DNA from: Candidatus Altarchaeum sp.
GTDB lineage: Archaea; Altiarchaeota; Altiarchaeia; Altiarchaeales; Altiarchaeaceae
Length of the DNA stretch: 33,919 nt
NCBI GenBank assembly: GCA_018260615.1
Contig: JAGWDQ010000100.1
Span: 1-33,919, forward strand
Reading direction: 5' to 3'
This document shows, piece by piece, positions 19,384 through 28,854 of this stretch. The notes under the pieces were generated by a model. That model was not told where the DNA came from. It saw only the letters and a program-made list of their open reading frames with translations, and made no database searches. Numbering within the stretch: position 1 is the first letter of the stretch; each line of letters begins with the position of its first letter. The translations under genes were made by a program, and so were the position numbers.

Positions 19384-20847
19384 CTAAATTTTTGTCAAAA
19401 GGCCATATATTTTTTTATTTTTTGGTTTGCATGTTGGCTGGTTATTATTCGTTCTGATGACAGAATATAATCTATCGTCCTTATGTGCAGATGCGTCTAT
19501 TATCATTATATCTTCTAAATTTTCTTCTTTACCTCTTATTTTAGAGTAAAATTCCACATACCAGACATAGTGTGGAAAAGAGACATTTTTATAATCTTCG
19601 GTTTCTAACTCGTATTCCAGGAATTTATGTAAGTTCCTTGAATCTGTTAATATCTTTCTTGCAACAACATTTTGATTTTTTGCAGACATAGCACTATTAA
19701 CCACTTCTTTAGCAAGGTTTTCCGCACTTTCAAAGGGAAAATAAAATCTTTCAAATATAGGACATATAAGAACGACATTCCAGCTTATTAATTTCTGCAG
19801 CAGTTTCTCTTTTGGGACAACGATGCTAAATAGGGGTGAAGCATATTTCTTTTCTGTGGCATTCCGGATGTTGTAGAAGGTGTTTTTTGTATGATATCCG
19901 GAATCATCAAAGAGCACATATCCAAATTTAGATTCTCCATTTTCATCTATAATAATTGTGTGTCCTGCAATCACAACAACATGATTGTCAAATCCCAATA
20001 TACACGGGAGGCCGCTTTCTATATGTGCTTCAAGTATTTCTAATAATTTGTCCTTTCCTTCATCTTTACTCGCGTATGTTCTCACAAAACATCCGTTCTC
20101 TGTTAGAGCACTCGCAAGATGTTCAATATCCAAGCCATTTGATGGGATTTCTCTTCCTTTATCCGAATATGGAATTTTTGAAATAAATTTTTCTATGGAT
20201 ATTTTGCTCATTTTATGCCTTTTATGCATAATTTCTGCCACCATTATTGCATCTGCATGGGCGCAGGCAGAAATTACAGAGTCCTGTGAAAACAAGGGAA
20301 ATGTTTCAAATTTTATACTTTTACTTCCTATATGAACTTCATATTCTGCTGTAATCATATATAAATGCTGACTTTCTGTTAAGTTATAAAATTTTCTATA
20401 TTGTTTTAGAACAATCTTTGAAATAAAACTTGCAGGTAAAGGTCTTATAGTGACATATCCCAAATAAGAGGAATCATTATCCCAGACATCTTCTAGATTT
20501 TCTATATTCTCGTCAAAAAAGTGAATTCTGTATACAAATGGTGTTGTTTGAGCATAATTTGTCTTACAATAATGCAATGAGTATAATTCTCTCCATTCTC
20601 TTTCTACATAAGGATACTCAATAATAAATGTTGTAACTTCTTCAAGAAACTTTCCAAATCTTTTCCTTAATTCTGAGACAATATTTCCTGCAGTTAATGT
20701 ATCTTTATATACAAATTCTATCTTGAGATTATCTTCAAGTTCATTAATTGTATGCGAAATCAAAAATTTTACATGACTCATTTTATAGTAATTCAACCAT
20801 ATTAAATAATTAGTGTTCATATAAAATATGTTATCTGGCAAATTCAT
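19384..20847 (-). CDS. Hypothetical protein with a papain-like (C39-like) Cys-His-Asp signature; start may be 20781
   Basis: FSQD...SACAHA, GLPCILGFDNHVVVIAGH, LFDDSG. Confidence 0.65.
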   Translation of the reverse strand: MNLPDNIFYMNTNYLIWLNYYKMSHVKFLISHTINELEDNLKIEFVYKDTLTAGNIVSELRKRFGKFLEEVTTFIIEYPYVEREWRELYSLHYCKTNYAQTTPFVYRIHFFDENIENLEDVWDNDSSYLGYVTIRPLPASFISKIVLKQYRKFYNLTESQHLYMITAEYEVHIGSKSIKFETFPLFSQDSVISACAHADAIMVAEIMHKRHKMSKISIEKFISKIPYSDKGREIPSNGLDIEHLASALTENGCFVRTYASKDEGKDKLLEILEAHIESGLPCILGFDNHVVVIAGHTIIIDENGESKFGYVLFDDSGYHTKNTFYNIRNATEKKYASPLFSIVVPKEKLLQKLISWNVVLICPIFERFYFPFESAENLAKEVVNSAMSAKNQNVVARKILTDSRNLHKFLEYELETEDYKNVSFPHYVWYVEFYSKIRGKEENLEDIMIIDASAHKDDRLYSVIRTNNNQPTCKPKNKKIYGLLTKI

Positions 20848-20867
20848 CCGACCAATAAAGTGGTCGG
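20848..20867. terminator. Hairpin CCGACCA-ataaag-TGGTCGG between the MBL gene and the papain-like gene
   Basis: 7-bp perfect stem. The T-tract is on the + strand, opposite to local transcription, so the role is uncertain. Confidence 0.35.
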
Positions 20868-20881
20868 TTTTCTTTGCTTGA

Positions 20882-21511
20882 TTATATAAATTTTCGTATC
20901 CTCTTCACATTTTCATAAGTTCCGGTTTTCCCGTGTCCCGGATAAAGTGTCTTAAAATTTAAGTCCAGAATTTGAGCTATTGAAGTCCTTAATTGCTCAA
21001 AATTTCCGCCTGGCAGGTCCGTTCTTCCTACACCGCCTGAAAATACGAGGTCTCCTGAAAATAATGACTTTGTTTTTTCTTCATAAACAGAGATTGAGCC
21101 GGATGTGTGTCCCGGCGTGTGTAAAATTTTAAGGGCTGTTTTGCCTAAATCCATCAGTTCGTCGTTATCTACAAATTTAAGGTCTCTTATTTTCGGTACT
21201 TTCATTTCAAAAAAACGGGCTAAAATTTTTTCATCGTCCCGCTCTAAAATTGCCTTCCCGTCAAGTTCATTAAGAAAAATTTTTATTCCTTTGTTTGCAA
21301 AATATTCATCATTACCTATATGATCATAATGACAATGAGTATTTATTACAAAATCAGGAAATTTTCCCATTTCATTTAGGACTGAAATTATTCTTTCCAG
21401 ATGTTCTGATGTGTAACCCGGGTCAATTATGCAAACCGCTTTGGTTTCTTCGTCCTCTAAAATGTAGGTGTTTGAGTCGGCAGAATATGAAATTATCGGA
21501 TAAATTTTCAT
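20882..21511 (-). CDS. Metallo-beta-lactamase-fold hydrolase (glyoxalase II-like)
   Basis: THCHYDH, HTPGH, FSGD, YPGHG. The start at 21511 (MKIYPII) is preferred because the longer ORF extension overlaps the PIN gene and the duplicate copy starts at the same Met. Confidence 0.9.
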   Translation of the reverse strand: MKIYPIISYSADSNTYILEDEETKAVCIIDPGYTSEHLERIISVLNEMGKFPDFVINTHCHYDHIGNDEYFANKGIKIFLNELDGKAILERDDEKILARFFEMKVPKIRDLKFVDNDELMDLGKTALKILHTPGHTSGSISVYEEKTKSLFSGDLVFSGGVGRTDLPGGNFEQLRTSIAQILDLNFKTLYPGHGKTGTYENVKRIRKFI

Positions 21512-21563
21512 CTTTGTAATTTTATATTTTGTTTCACCGTAGAGATTCTGATATTCGCCACAA

Positions 21564-22052
21564 TTATCCCGCATCCGGAACCCACACCTCAATCTCATCA
21601 GCTCTCTCAAAATCACTATCATTACTTGCAATAATCCAGATATTGTTTCTTTTCATAACCGCAACACTCAATGCATCATTCGGAAGCAACGAATACTTCT
21701 TTGACAAATTTCCGGATTCGGATAAATCATCATAAGTCACATCTAAAATTTCCATTAAATTTTTAATATCGTTTAGAACCCTCCATGGTTTTTCAAGTTC
21801 CCTCACAACTTCGGGATTTTTCTTTAAAAATGATTTGATTTCCTTAAATTCAAGAGCATATTTTTCTACCAGTTCAAACATCATTATTTTATAAACCACT
21901 TCTTCTACGACATTAACTGATGTGTATGCCTTTATCTTATTATTTCTAATGGAATTCAGAAGTGCTTCACAACTACGAATATATTTTGGATTTTCTGTTA
22001 TTGTAAAAATAAATATATTCGCATCAATGAACATCTTATAATTTGTCATCAT
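21564..22052 (-). CDS. vapC: PIN-domain (VapC-like) toxin
   Basis: FIDANIF, VEEV, PNDAL, SNDSDF acidic tetrad. Confidence 0.88.
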   Translation of the reverse strand: MMTNYKMFIDANIFIFTITENPKYIRSCEALLNSIRNNKIKAYTSVNVVEEVVYKIMMFELVEKYALEFKEIKSFLKKNPEVVRELEKPWRVLNDIKNLMEILDVTYDDLSESGNLSKKYSLLPNDALSVAVMKRNNIWIIASNDSDFERADEIEVWVPDAG

Positions 22053-22357
22053 AATAGCAATTCAATATCCGTATTTATAATTTCTTCGGCTTCTTTAACT
22101 TTTTCAGGAGCAATTTTAATCAACCCTTTCATATCTTCTACGGGATTTTTTTTTAACTCATCCAAAGCACTTCCTTTTTCCGCTTTATATCTTTTCAGGG
22201 ACTTTTCAAATTTTCCTTTTTCTTTATGAGTCAAAACCATATCTATCTCCGCTATGTGTGTTTTAAGATAATTCAAATCCTTTCTTATTGCCTGGAGTTC
22301 CGTTGTAATATCCTCGGGAATTGTTGTTTGGGTCATTTTGATTTGGTTGATGAGCAA
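22049..22357 (-). CDS. Putative antitoxin
   Basis: Small ORF overlapping the PIN start by 4 bp. Confidence 0.65.
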   Translation of the reverse strand: MLINQIKMTQTTIPEDITTELQAIRKDLNYLKTHIAEIDMVLTHKEKGKFEKSLKRYKAEKGSALDELKKNPVEDMKGLIKIAPEKVKEAEEIINTDIELLL

Positions 22358-22425
22358 TCATATTTTGAATTTGAGCAGTTAATAATAATTAAAATTTTAT
22401 GATGTTATTAATAGTGTTGTTTGTG

Positions 22426-22648
22426 AAATATTCATCATTACCTACATAGTAATTATTTAATGGTGGTGTATGTTTATTATGAAATCCTGAAATTTTCCAA
22501 TTTCATTTAGGACTGAAATTATTCTTTCCAGATGTTCTGATGTGTAACCCGGGTCAATTATGCAAACCGCTTTGGTTTCTTCGTCCTCTAAAATATATGT
22601 GTTTGAGTCGGCCGAATATGAAATTATCGGATAAATTTTCATCTTTAA
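22426..22648 (-). pseudogene. Truncated duplicate of the MBL gene 5' end (21299-21517)
   Basis: About 95 bp are identical in the core; the sequence degrades across the HxHxDH codons. Confidence 0.9.
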
Positions 22649-22684
22649 ATTTGAGTAAATTATAAATTATTTTTATTTAACTTT

Positions 22685-23101
22685 CTATTTAACTTTCTCC
22701 CATCTGTTATATACCTTTCCCTTCAATATATCATAAAATGCAGGAAATGTCTGTATTACTGAAACAAAAATACTATACGGAAAGTAAAAGAACAAAGCAA
22801 CTAAATTTAATGCATTAAATTTAAATCTGACAAGCATCATAAATGTATAAAATATATACAAAACAAAAAGAGTAAATGCAGCAATGAAATATAAATCCAT
22901 AAGATAAAAATTTGTTATTGTTCTGTATGTATATTCAACCATTCCGTAAGCGGACAACCATGAGAAAAAATATTTTAGCACATCAAAATTTAAAAAATTT
23001 CCCTTATCGGCAAAATAAACAAAATATCCTGAAAACATTGAGAACAAAATCAGAGGTATATAAATTGCGCAGTGCAGATACCAGTAAAACTGCGTTCCCA
23101 T
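22685..23101 (-). pseudogene. Membrane C-terminal portion of a GT2 glycosyltransferase (probably truncated)
   Basis: 3-4 TM helices ending ...KGKVYNRWEKVK, like the C-terminus of 26809-28065; no catalytic domain upstream. Confidence 0.5.
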
Positions 23102-23204
23102 CGCATAAGTAAATTTTAAATTTTTAAAGAATAAATTTTTATGCTTTTTAAAGTTTTATAAACTTTAAATATCTGAATGATTTTAAATTTCTCATAGAAA
23201 TTTT

Positions 23205-23275
23205 AAATCTCCGAACGAATTGAGATGATTTTCAAATCACGAAGATTTGAAAATCTCCGAATGAAATGAGGTGAC
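23205..23275. repeat. Composite REP-like palindromic element
   Basis: Perfect 12-bp inverted repeat GATTTTCAAATC-acgaa-GATTTGAAAATC (23227-23255), flanked by two copies of aaatctccgaaYgaaWtgagRtga. Confidence 0.7.
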
Positions 23276-23299
23276 AGCGAGGTTATTTATCTTTTTTCT

Positions 23300-24370
23300 T
23301 TATCGTTTCCATACCCACAACACGCTCGTCACATAAGTAAAGAGTGTAGCAACAAATATCCCTATCAGATTTGCCAAAAGGTAATTTATTCCTATTATTG
23401 TCAGCATAAATAAAATAAATACATTTATTACCGACGCAAAAATTCTTGACAAATTAAATTTTCCCATTCTGACAAAGAAATTTCCATTTCTCTCATTTTT
23501 AAATGTCCATATATCGTTAAGTATAAAATTTGAGATTATTGACAATTCTATGGCGATTGCGCTTGAAAATAAATAAAAAATTTTAAAAAATTCCGTTAAA
23601 ATATATAAGCAGCCCATATTTATAATAATTCCGCTCGCCCCGACGATTGAAAATTTTAAAAATCTGTCATATTCTTTATTGTGTTTTGCTATATGAAATA
23701 AATGAATAAAACTTATGTATGATTGGTTGAGGTTAAATTTACTTGTTCCACTCTTTCGGTCTTCAAAAATAAATCTTTTTTCAATCACTTTTTCATAATG
23801 TGCTTTATCTAAAATTTCAACCAGAATTTTAAAACCGAGCGGCTTTAACGAAACATTTTCCAGAATTTTTTTTCTGAAAACAAAAAACCCGGATCCGGGA
23901 TCTCTGATTTTTGTTGAGTTCTTAACAAAGAGATAAACCAAAGACCTGTAAACTCCTGAAACGATAGTTCGGACAATGCTGAAATTTTTTGTAATTCTTG
24001 AACCGATAACTATATCGGCATTTTGTTTTTCCAAAATTTTTAGCATTTCCGGCAGCATTTCCGGAGGGTGTTGTAAGTCCCCGTCCATGATGGCGACAAT
24101 ATCGTATGTTCCATAATTTAAGGACTGAATAATTGCATTACTTAAGTCATCTCCGTTGCAATCTAATACCATCGCTTTTATTTTATGCTCTTTCCCAAAT
24201 TCTTTTATAACTTCCTCCATAAATTTTCTTGTTTCATCATTACTGCTGTCCGCAAGAATAATTTCATAATCACAAAAATTTTCAAGCGCCTTTTTGATTC
24301 TTAAAAAAATTTCTTCTAAGTTGCCCCCTTCATTTTTTGTGGGGATTATTATTGAAACCGGAGAATCCAT
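23300..24370 (-). CDS. Dolichol/polyprenol-phosphate glycosyltransferase (DPM1-like GT2) fused to a GtrA domain
   Basis: IIIPTKNE, MDGDLQHPPE, DPGSGFF, FEDRKSGTSK; C-terminal RFLKFSIVGASG with 4 TM helices. Confidence 0.92.
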   Translation of the reverse strand: MDSPVSIIIPTKNEGGNLEEIFLRIKKALENFCDYEIILADSSNDETRKFMEEVIKEFGKEHKIKAMVLDCNGDDLSNAIIQSLNYGTYDIVAIMDGDLQHPPEMLPEMLKILEKQNADIVIGSRITKNFSIVRTIVSGVYRSLVYLFVKNSTKIRDPGSGFFVFRKKILENVSLKPLGFKILVEILDKAHYEKVIEKRFIFEDRKSGTSKFNLNQSYISFIHLFHIAKHNKEYDRFLKFSIVGASGIIINMGCLYILTEFFKIFYLFSSAIAIELSIISNFILNDIWTFKNERNGNFFVRMGKFNLSRIFASVINVFILFMLTIIGINYLLANLIGIFVATLFTYVTSVLWVWKR

Positions 24371-24371
24371 T

Positions 24372-26024
24372 TTATAAAAATGTTAAATATTTACATATTT
24401 CATTTAGTTTGAATTTAACAAATAATGCATCACAGCCGGTAAAATTTTCTGAAAATTCACCGAATCTCTTTAAAGAGTCAATATATGTCTCATTTATATT
24501 TTCAGTGTATTTACATTTGTCTTCTCTATGTAGCCATATATACTTGTCATTATCTTCAATTATATATTTTTTATTTTTTTCTTTAATTTCTTCAATAAAT
24601 TTTTCATTTGCAAAAAATGATTCCGAATTTTTAAAGAGCAATATATTGTAGCCCTCATCAACCATTTTAAAAATTTCCGGTTCTTTTGTTTCGGTTAAAT
24701 TTAATTCTTTCGGTGGCGGAACGGCTTTTTTATTTTGCCAGTTAAAATAAACCCACAAATCGGAACTGAGCGTGCAATTGTTATCCATCTGAGCAATGAT
24801 TGTCTCAACCATTCCGTATTCGTTAATTACTCCTTTTCCCGAGTCCTCCATAATGATGAAACTACTAAGCGAAGAAAATAATAGTAAAAGCAAAATAGTG
24901 AAAAACAAAAATTTTTTCAAATTTTCATTTTTCAGTGAAAGCAGAAAATTAAGTCCGAAAACCGAAAAATAGGAAATCGGAAGAAATAAATTAAACAGGA
25001 ATCTCGGTTGCTTTATTACATCAGGAGAAAATAAGTAGGATAAAAAAGTAAGAATTGTTAATGAAAAAAACAAAATGCTCAAGTCCCTTTCTTCTTTTGT
25101 CTTTTTGTTTTTTATTTCTTTTTCGTATGCTCCTTTATTTTCACATCCTCCTTTATTTTCACATTCTCCTTTATTTTCACATCCTCCTTTATTTTCACAT
25201 CCTCCTTTATTTTCACATCCTCCTTTATATTGTTTTATCTTAAAAAGGACTCCTAAAATTAAAAAGGGCAGAGAAATGTTTGCTATTAATAAAAAATGTG
25301 AAAATAACAACGACAGAGAAATTTCAAATATTGGAGATGGCTGCTCCAATGAATTTAAAGCATAATAATTTCCGAGACTTGTCAATGCGTGTCCGGTAAA
25401 TATGAAATTTATTAAAAGCCATGGAAGAAGGGTCAAAAAAATTATAAATAATCCGGCAAAAATTTTTTTAATATTTTTTGAAAAAAGTACTAAAAAAAGT
25501 AAAGGTATATTAGAATACCTGCACAACATAGATAAACCCAAAAACAGGAATGATTTTTTTGAAAAGCAGAAAGTAAAAAATAAAATGAGCAGAGAAAGGG
25601 ATAGCAATTCTGTTCCTATTGCCACTCCAAAGATTAAAATAAACGGATTAATTGAAAACAGGTAGAAAAATTCTGAATTTTTAATATCTTTTAGAAATTT
25701 GTCGTGAAAAAGTTTTAAGGAAACGAAATAAAGAAGGGTGCAAAAGACAATGTAAGCATATTGGGCAAGATTCGTTCCGAAAATTTCAAAAATTGCTAAA
25801 ATAAAGGGAGTTAATGGCGGGCGAATCCACTCAAAAAAGAATCCGTCATATACGGACATGGCATTTAATGTGTATACCGCAAGGTCCCAACTGAAAAATT
25901 TATGCTGATATATAAAAAAAGATAAAGCAATGAAAAATGCGATAAAAAATATAAACTCTTCTTTTTTACCCTTAAAAATTTTATCAGGAACCATTTTCTT
26001 TACCTGGATTTTATCAGGAACCAT
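24372..26024 (-). CDS. Multi-pass GT-C/PMT-like glycosyltransferase; alternative start at 25994
   Basis: WDLAVY, RPPLTP, GTELLS, QPRFL motifs; many TM helices. Confidence 0.75.
   Translation of the reverse strand: MVPDKIQVKKMVPDKIFKGKKEEFIFFIAFFIALSFFIYQHKFFSWDLAVYTLNAMSVYDGFFFEWIRPPLTPFILAIFEIFGTNLAQYAYIVFCTLLYFVSLKLFHDKFLKDIKNSEFFYLFSINPFILIFGVAIGTELLSLSLLILFFTFCFSKKSFLFLGLSMLCRYSNIPLLFLVLFSKNIKKIFAGLFIIFLTLLPWLLINFIFTGHALTSLGNYYALNSLEQPSPIFEISLSLLFSHFLLIANISLPFLILGVLFKIKQYKGGCENKGGCENKGGCENKGECENKGGCENKGAYEKEIKNKKTKEERDLSILFFSLTILTFLSYLFSPDVIKQPRFLFNLFLPISYFSVFGLNFLLSLKNENLKKFLFFTILLLLLFSSLSSFIIMEDSGKGVINEYGMVETIIAQMDNNCTLSSDLWVYFNWQNKKAVPPPKELNLTETKEPEIFKMVDEGYNILLFKNSESFFANEKFIEEIKEKNKKYIIEDNDKYIWLHREDKCKYTENINETYIDSLKRFGEFSENFTGCDALFVKFKLNEICKYLTFL
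25134..25228. repeat. 18-bp tandem repeat x5 encoding GGCENK
   Basis: tttattttcacatcctcc units, one variant (GECENK). Confidence 0.95.
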
Positions 26025-26039
26025 TTTCTTTACCTGGAT
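25979..26039. repeat. 30-bp tandem duplication spanning a stop/start overlap
   Basis: ttttatcaggaaccattttctttacctgga x2. Confidence 0.95.
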
Positions 26040-26799
26040 AATTAAGAGTGAGTTCTTTTTCCAGGATTTCTGTTAGATCTTCTTTGGAAAGATAATCATA
26101 TTTTTTACCGTTTATAATTGTTGCCGGAACTCCTTTTATTTCATATTTTTTCATCAGCGCATAAGTTGCCAGATTTTCAGAATTAACATCAAAAGCGAAA
26201 ACATATATATTATTCTTATACTCCGCATTATTAGCAGCATTATTATTTGCATTATTATACTTTGCATCCGATTCGTTTTTCTTAATTTTTTCATTTACAT
26301 CGTAAACGACATTTTCAATAATTTTACTTTCATCGTTGCAGTCATCTGCGCTTCCCATAACATCATTCTGCTTATTTGTGTAAAAATATATCAAAATATT
26401 AGTACTTCTGTTACATTCGTTTTTCGTTTTTTCAAGATATTTTATTATTTTTATCTGGATTAGTTCGTAAATTTCCTTTTTCCGTATTATATCCTCATTT
26501 TCTTTTCCCAATCTTTCTTCTAATGTTGCGAGCATTTTTCCCAGAACCATTTTTTTCCTTAATGATTTTTCAACATCCAGCTCGCAGAAATGTTCGTCTG
26601 ATATTTCATCCTGCATTTCCATTCCCAATAAATCAATGATGAAACTCTCTTCGGATAATCTGACCTCGTCCATTTTTGATGTCACGATGTAATTCCCTAC
26701 CAGCAACCCAAACAAAAAAATAATTACTGCAAATACAAGTGCAGTAATAAAAATTTTTTTATCTCCGTACATTTTGAAACATATAAATTTGAAAAACAT
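26014..26799 (-). CDS. Membrane-anchored thioredoxin-like-fold hypothetical protein
   Basis: N-terminal TM helix; YFY...ADDC; GVPATIING cis-Pro-like motif. Confidence 0.55.
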   Translation of the reverse strand: MFFKFICFKMYGDKKIFITALVFAVIIFLFGLLVGNYIVTSKMDEVRLSEESFIIDLLGMEMQDEISDEHFCELDVEKSLRKKMVLGKMLATLEERLGKENEDIIRKKEIYELIQIKIIKYLEKTKNECNRSTNILIYFYTNKQNDVMGSADDCNDESKIIENVVYDVNEKIKKNESDAKYNNANNNAANNAEYKNNIYVFAFDVNSENLATYALMKKYEIKGVPATIINGKKYDYLSKEDLTEILEKELTLNYPGKENGS

Positions 26800-26808
26800 A
26801 TAAAAATT

Positions 26809-28065
26809 TTACCAGTTAATTTTAACCCTAAATGCCCATTTGAGCAACATTTCAAAACAGAATGCGGTTAAAACCCACCCGTAAACAGATGTAAATAAAA
26901 AATAATCAATAAAATTTATTTTTTCGTTGCCTTTTTGGCATGCTAAAAATAAGAAAACAATAAATATTATAATTCCAAATAAGCTGAAAATTATTCTGGG
27001 ATCTGAAAAAAATACTGTGAGACCAAACAAATTTATGTCAAACATAAATCTTGGCACTAAGCCAATTGACAAATCGTAAATTATGTTGAAAATATTTACA
27101 ATTATTCCGTAAATGATAATTATAAAGGCAAACATCATCAGGATGTTACTCAAAATTACCGAAACGGGTAAAAAAAACATTCCGAAAACCCCGTATTTAG
27201 GAGAGATTAAATGTTTGTAGTTAATTAAATTTTGAAATGTTCCATACCACCACCTAAGACGTTGTTTTCTCAACGCCTGAAATTTTTCAGGTACTACGGT
27301 TGTGACTTTATTTTCAACAAACGCTATATTATATCCGAATGACTTTACTCTCAAAGCGATTTCAAAATCTTCTGTTAGTGTGTTTCCGTCATAAAAATTA
27401 TGTGTTTTAAAAAATTCCGACCGGAATATATGAAAAGCCGGAGCTATGCAAAGTGCCTGTACCTTTCCAAGCAAATATCTAAAAAAAGAAACCATCATAT
27501 ATTCAATTTTTTGCATCCTGGTCCAGAAATTTTTTTTGTTTTCGGGAACCATCCATGATGTAACTGCCATAATTTTTTTATCATTAAAATGAAGAACTGC
27601 ATTTTTTAGTACATCTTTACTTAAAAACGTGTCCGCATCAATTGTTCCAATCAATTCGGGAATGTTTTCTCTGCTAAAAATATAATTTAAACCAAAATTT
27701 ATGACTGTAGATTTTATGTTGTTGCTTTCTGTTCTGTTTAAAATTTCAATATTTCTATTATTTTGACTGTAATTTTTCTTTAAGTCCTCTGCAATTTTAA
27801 ATGTATCGTCCTCGCTTGCATCATTAACTATTAATACCGAAATTTTTCCGGTATATTCCTGCAGAATTATACTTTCAACACATTTTTTTAATGTTTTTTG
27901 AACATTTTTTGCAGGAATTATAATACATATATCCTGATGTAAATTCGTATCTTTGATATCTTTTTCCTTTTTAAGAAAAATAAATAAATAAAAAACCGAT
28001 GTGAAAAAAATAAGAAAAAATAAAGGATACAATATCCATTCGGGGGGACTATATAGTACGGCCAT
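26809..28065 (-). CDS. Processive-type GT2 glycosyltransferase (polysaccharide synthase-like)
   Basis: NDAS, DAD, TED, QRLRW motifs; C-terminal TM helices. Confidence 0.92.
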   Translation of the reverse strand: MAVLYSPPEWILYPLFFLIFFTSVFYLFIFLKKEKDIKDTNLHQDICIIIPAKNVQKTLKKCVESIILQEYTGKISVLIVNDASEDDTFKIAEDLKKNYSQNNRNIEILNRTESNNIKSTVINFGLNYIFSRENIPELIGTIDADTFLSKDVLKNAVLHFNDKKIMAVTSWMVPENKKNFWTRMQKIEYMMVSFFRYLLGKVQALCIAPAFHIFRSEFFKTHNFYDGNTLTEDFEIALRVKSFGYNIAFVENKVTTVVPEKFQALRKQRLRWWYGTFQNLINYKHLISPKYGVFGMFFLPVSVILSNILMMFAFIIIIYGIIVNIFNIIYDLSIGLVPRFMFDINLFGLTVFFSDPRIIFSLFGIIIFIVFLFLACQKGNEKINFIDYFLFTSVYGWVLTAFCFEMLLKWAFRVKINW

Positions 28066-28542
28066 TTTAATTAAAATTTTTTCCTTTTATCCGTTTGTTA
28101 TGCAATGTTCCAGGCATTGTTTTTATTTTTTAATGTTTTGCATTCGTTATGATATCCTGCATCTCCGGCACACCGCCCGCAGAATTTTTTCATCCGCTAT
28201 CGCACATCTTAATTCATTCATTTTCACAGCAGATTTCACATATCTTTAAGTACCTCTGATTTCTTATTTTCAGGTAATTATGTCTGTCTTTTAAGTAAAA
28301 AATATGACTTTATGGACAAACACTGATTAATTAAATTAATTATGATTATAACTATTAAATGCTTCTATCCAAAAAAAAATTTAATTGATTTAAGATATAT
28401 TCTAAAAATTAAGATATTGCTCTTTTTTCTTAATTTGTTTTCTTAATTTGCTTTAAATTTACTTTTAATACCCCCTCCCCCCTCACTTCCTGTATTCGCA
28501 TGAATTAGTAGAAATTTTAGTAATGTAATTTTGCCAAAATTT

Positions 28543-28854
28543 AATTAGTTGGACAATCAAAATTTTACAACACAAAATTTTACCACCATTTTACACCCAA
28601 AATGGACAACATCAAAAACCAAAAGCCACCTGACAATAAAACTCCTAATTAGTTGGACAATCAAAATTTTACAACACAAAATTTTACCACCATTTTACAC
28701 CCAAAATGGACAACATCAAAAACCAAAAGCCACCTGACAATAAAACTCCTAATTAGTTGGACAATCAAAATTTTACAACACAAAATTTTACCACCATTTT
28801 ACACCCAAAATGGACAACATCAAAAACCAAAAGCCACCTGACAATAAAACTCCT
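28543..28854 (+). repeat. Three perfect tandem copies of a 104-bp unit
   Basis: Units start at 28543, 28647 and 28751; the third overlaps the first 15 codons of 28810-29883. Confidence 0.97.

Noticed and set aside
21512-21631. N-terminal extension of the MBL ORF
   Set aside because: It overlaps the PIN gene end, and the duplicate copy indicates the start is 21511.
28080-28260. GC-richer, Cys-codon-rich patch upstream of GT2
   Set aside because: All frames are interrupted and no recognisable motif was found.
28471-28482. C5-T-C6 tract as a G-quadruplex or phase-variable site
   Set aside because: Only two runs and no positional evidence of function.
28543-28854. CRISPR array candidate near cas6
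   Set aside because: The units are fully identical with no unique spacers; it is a tandem duplication.
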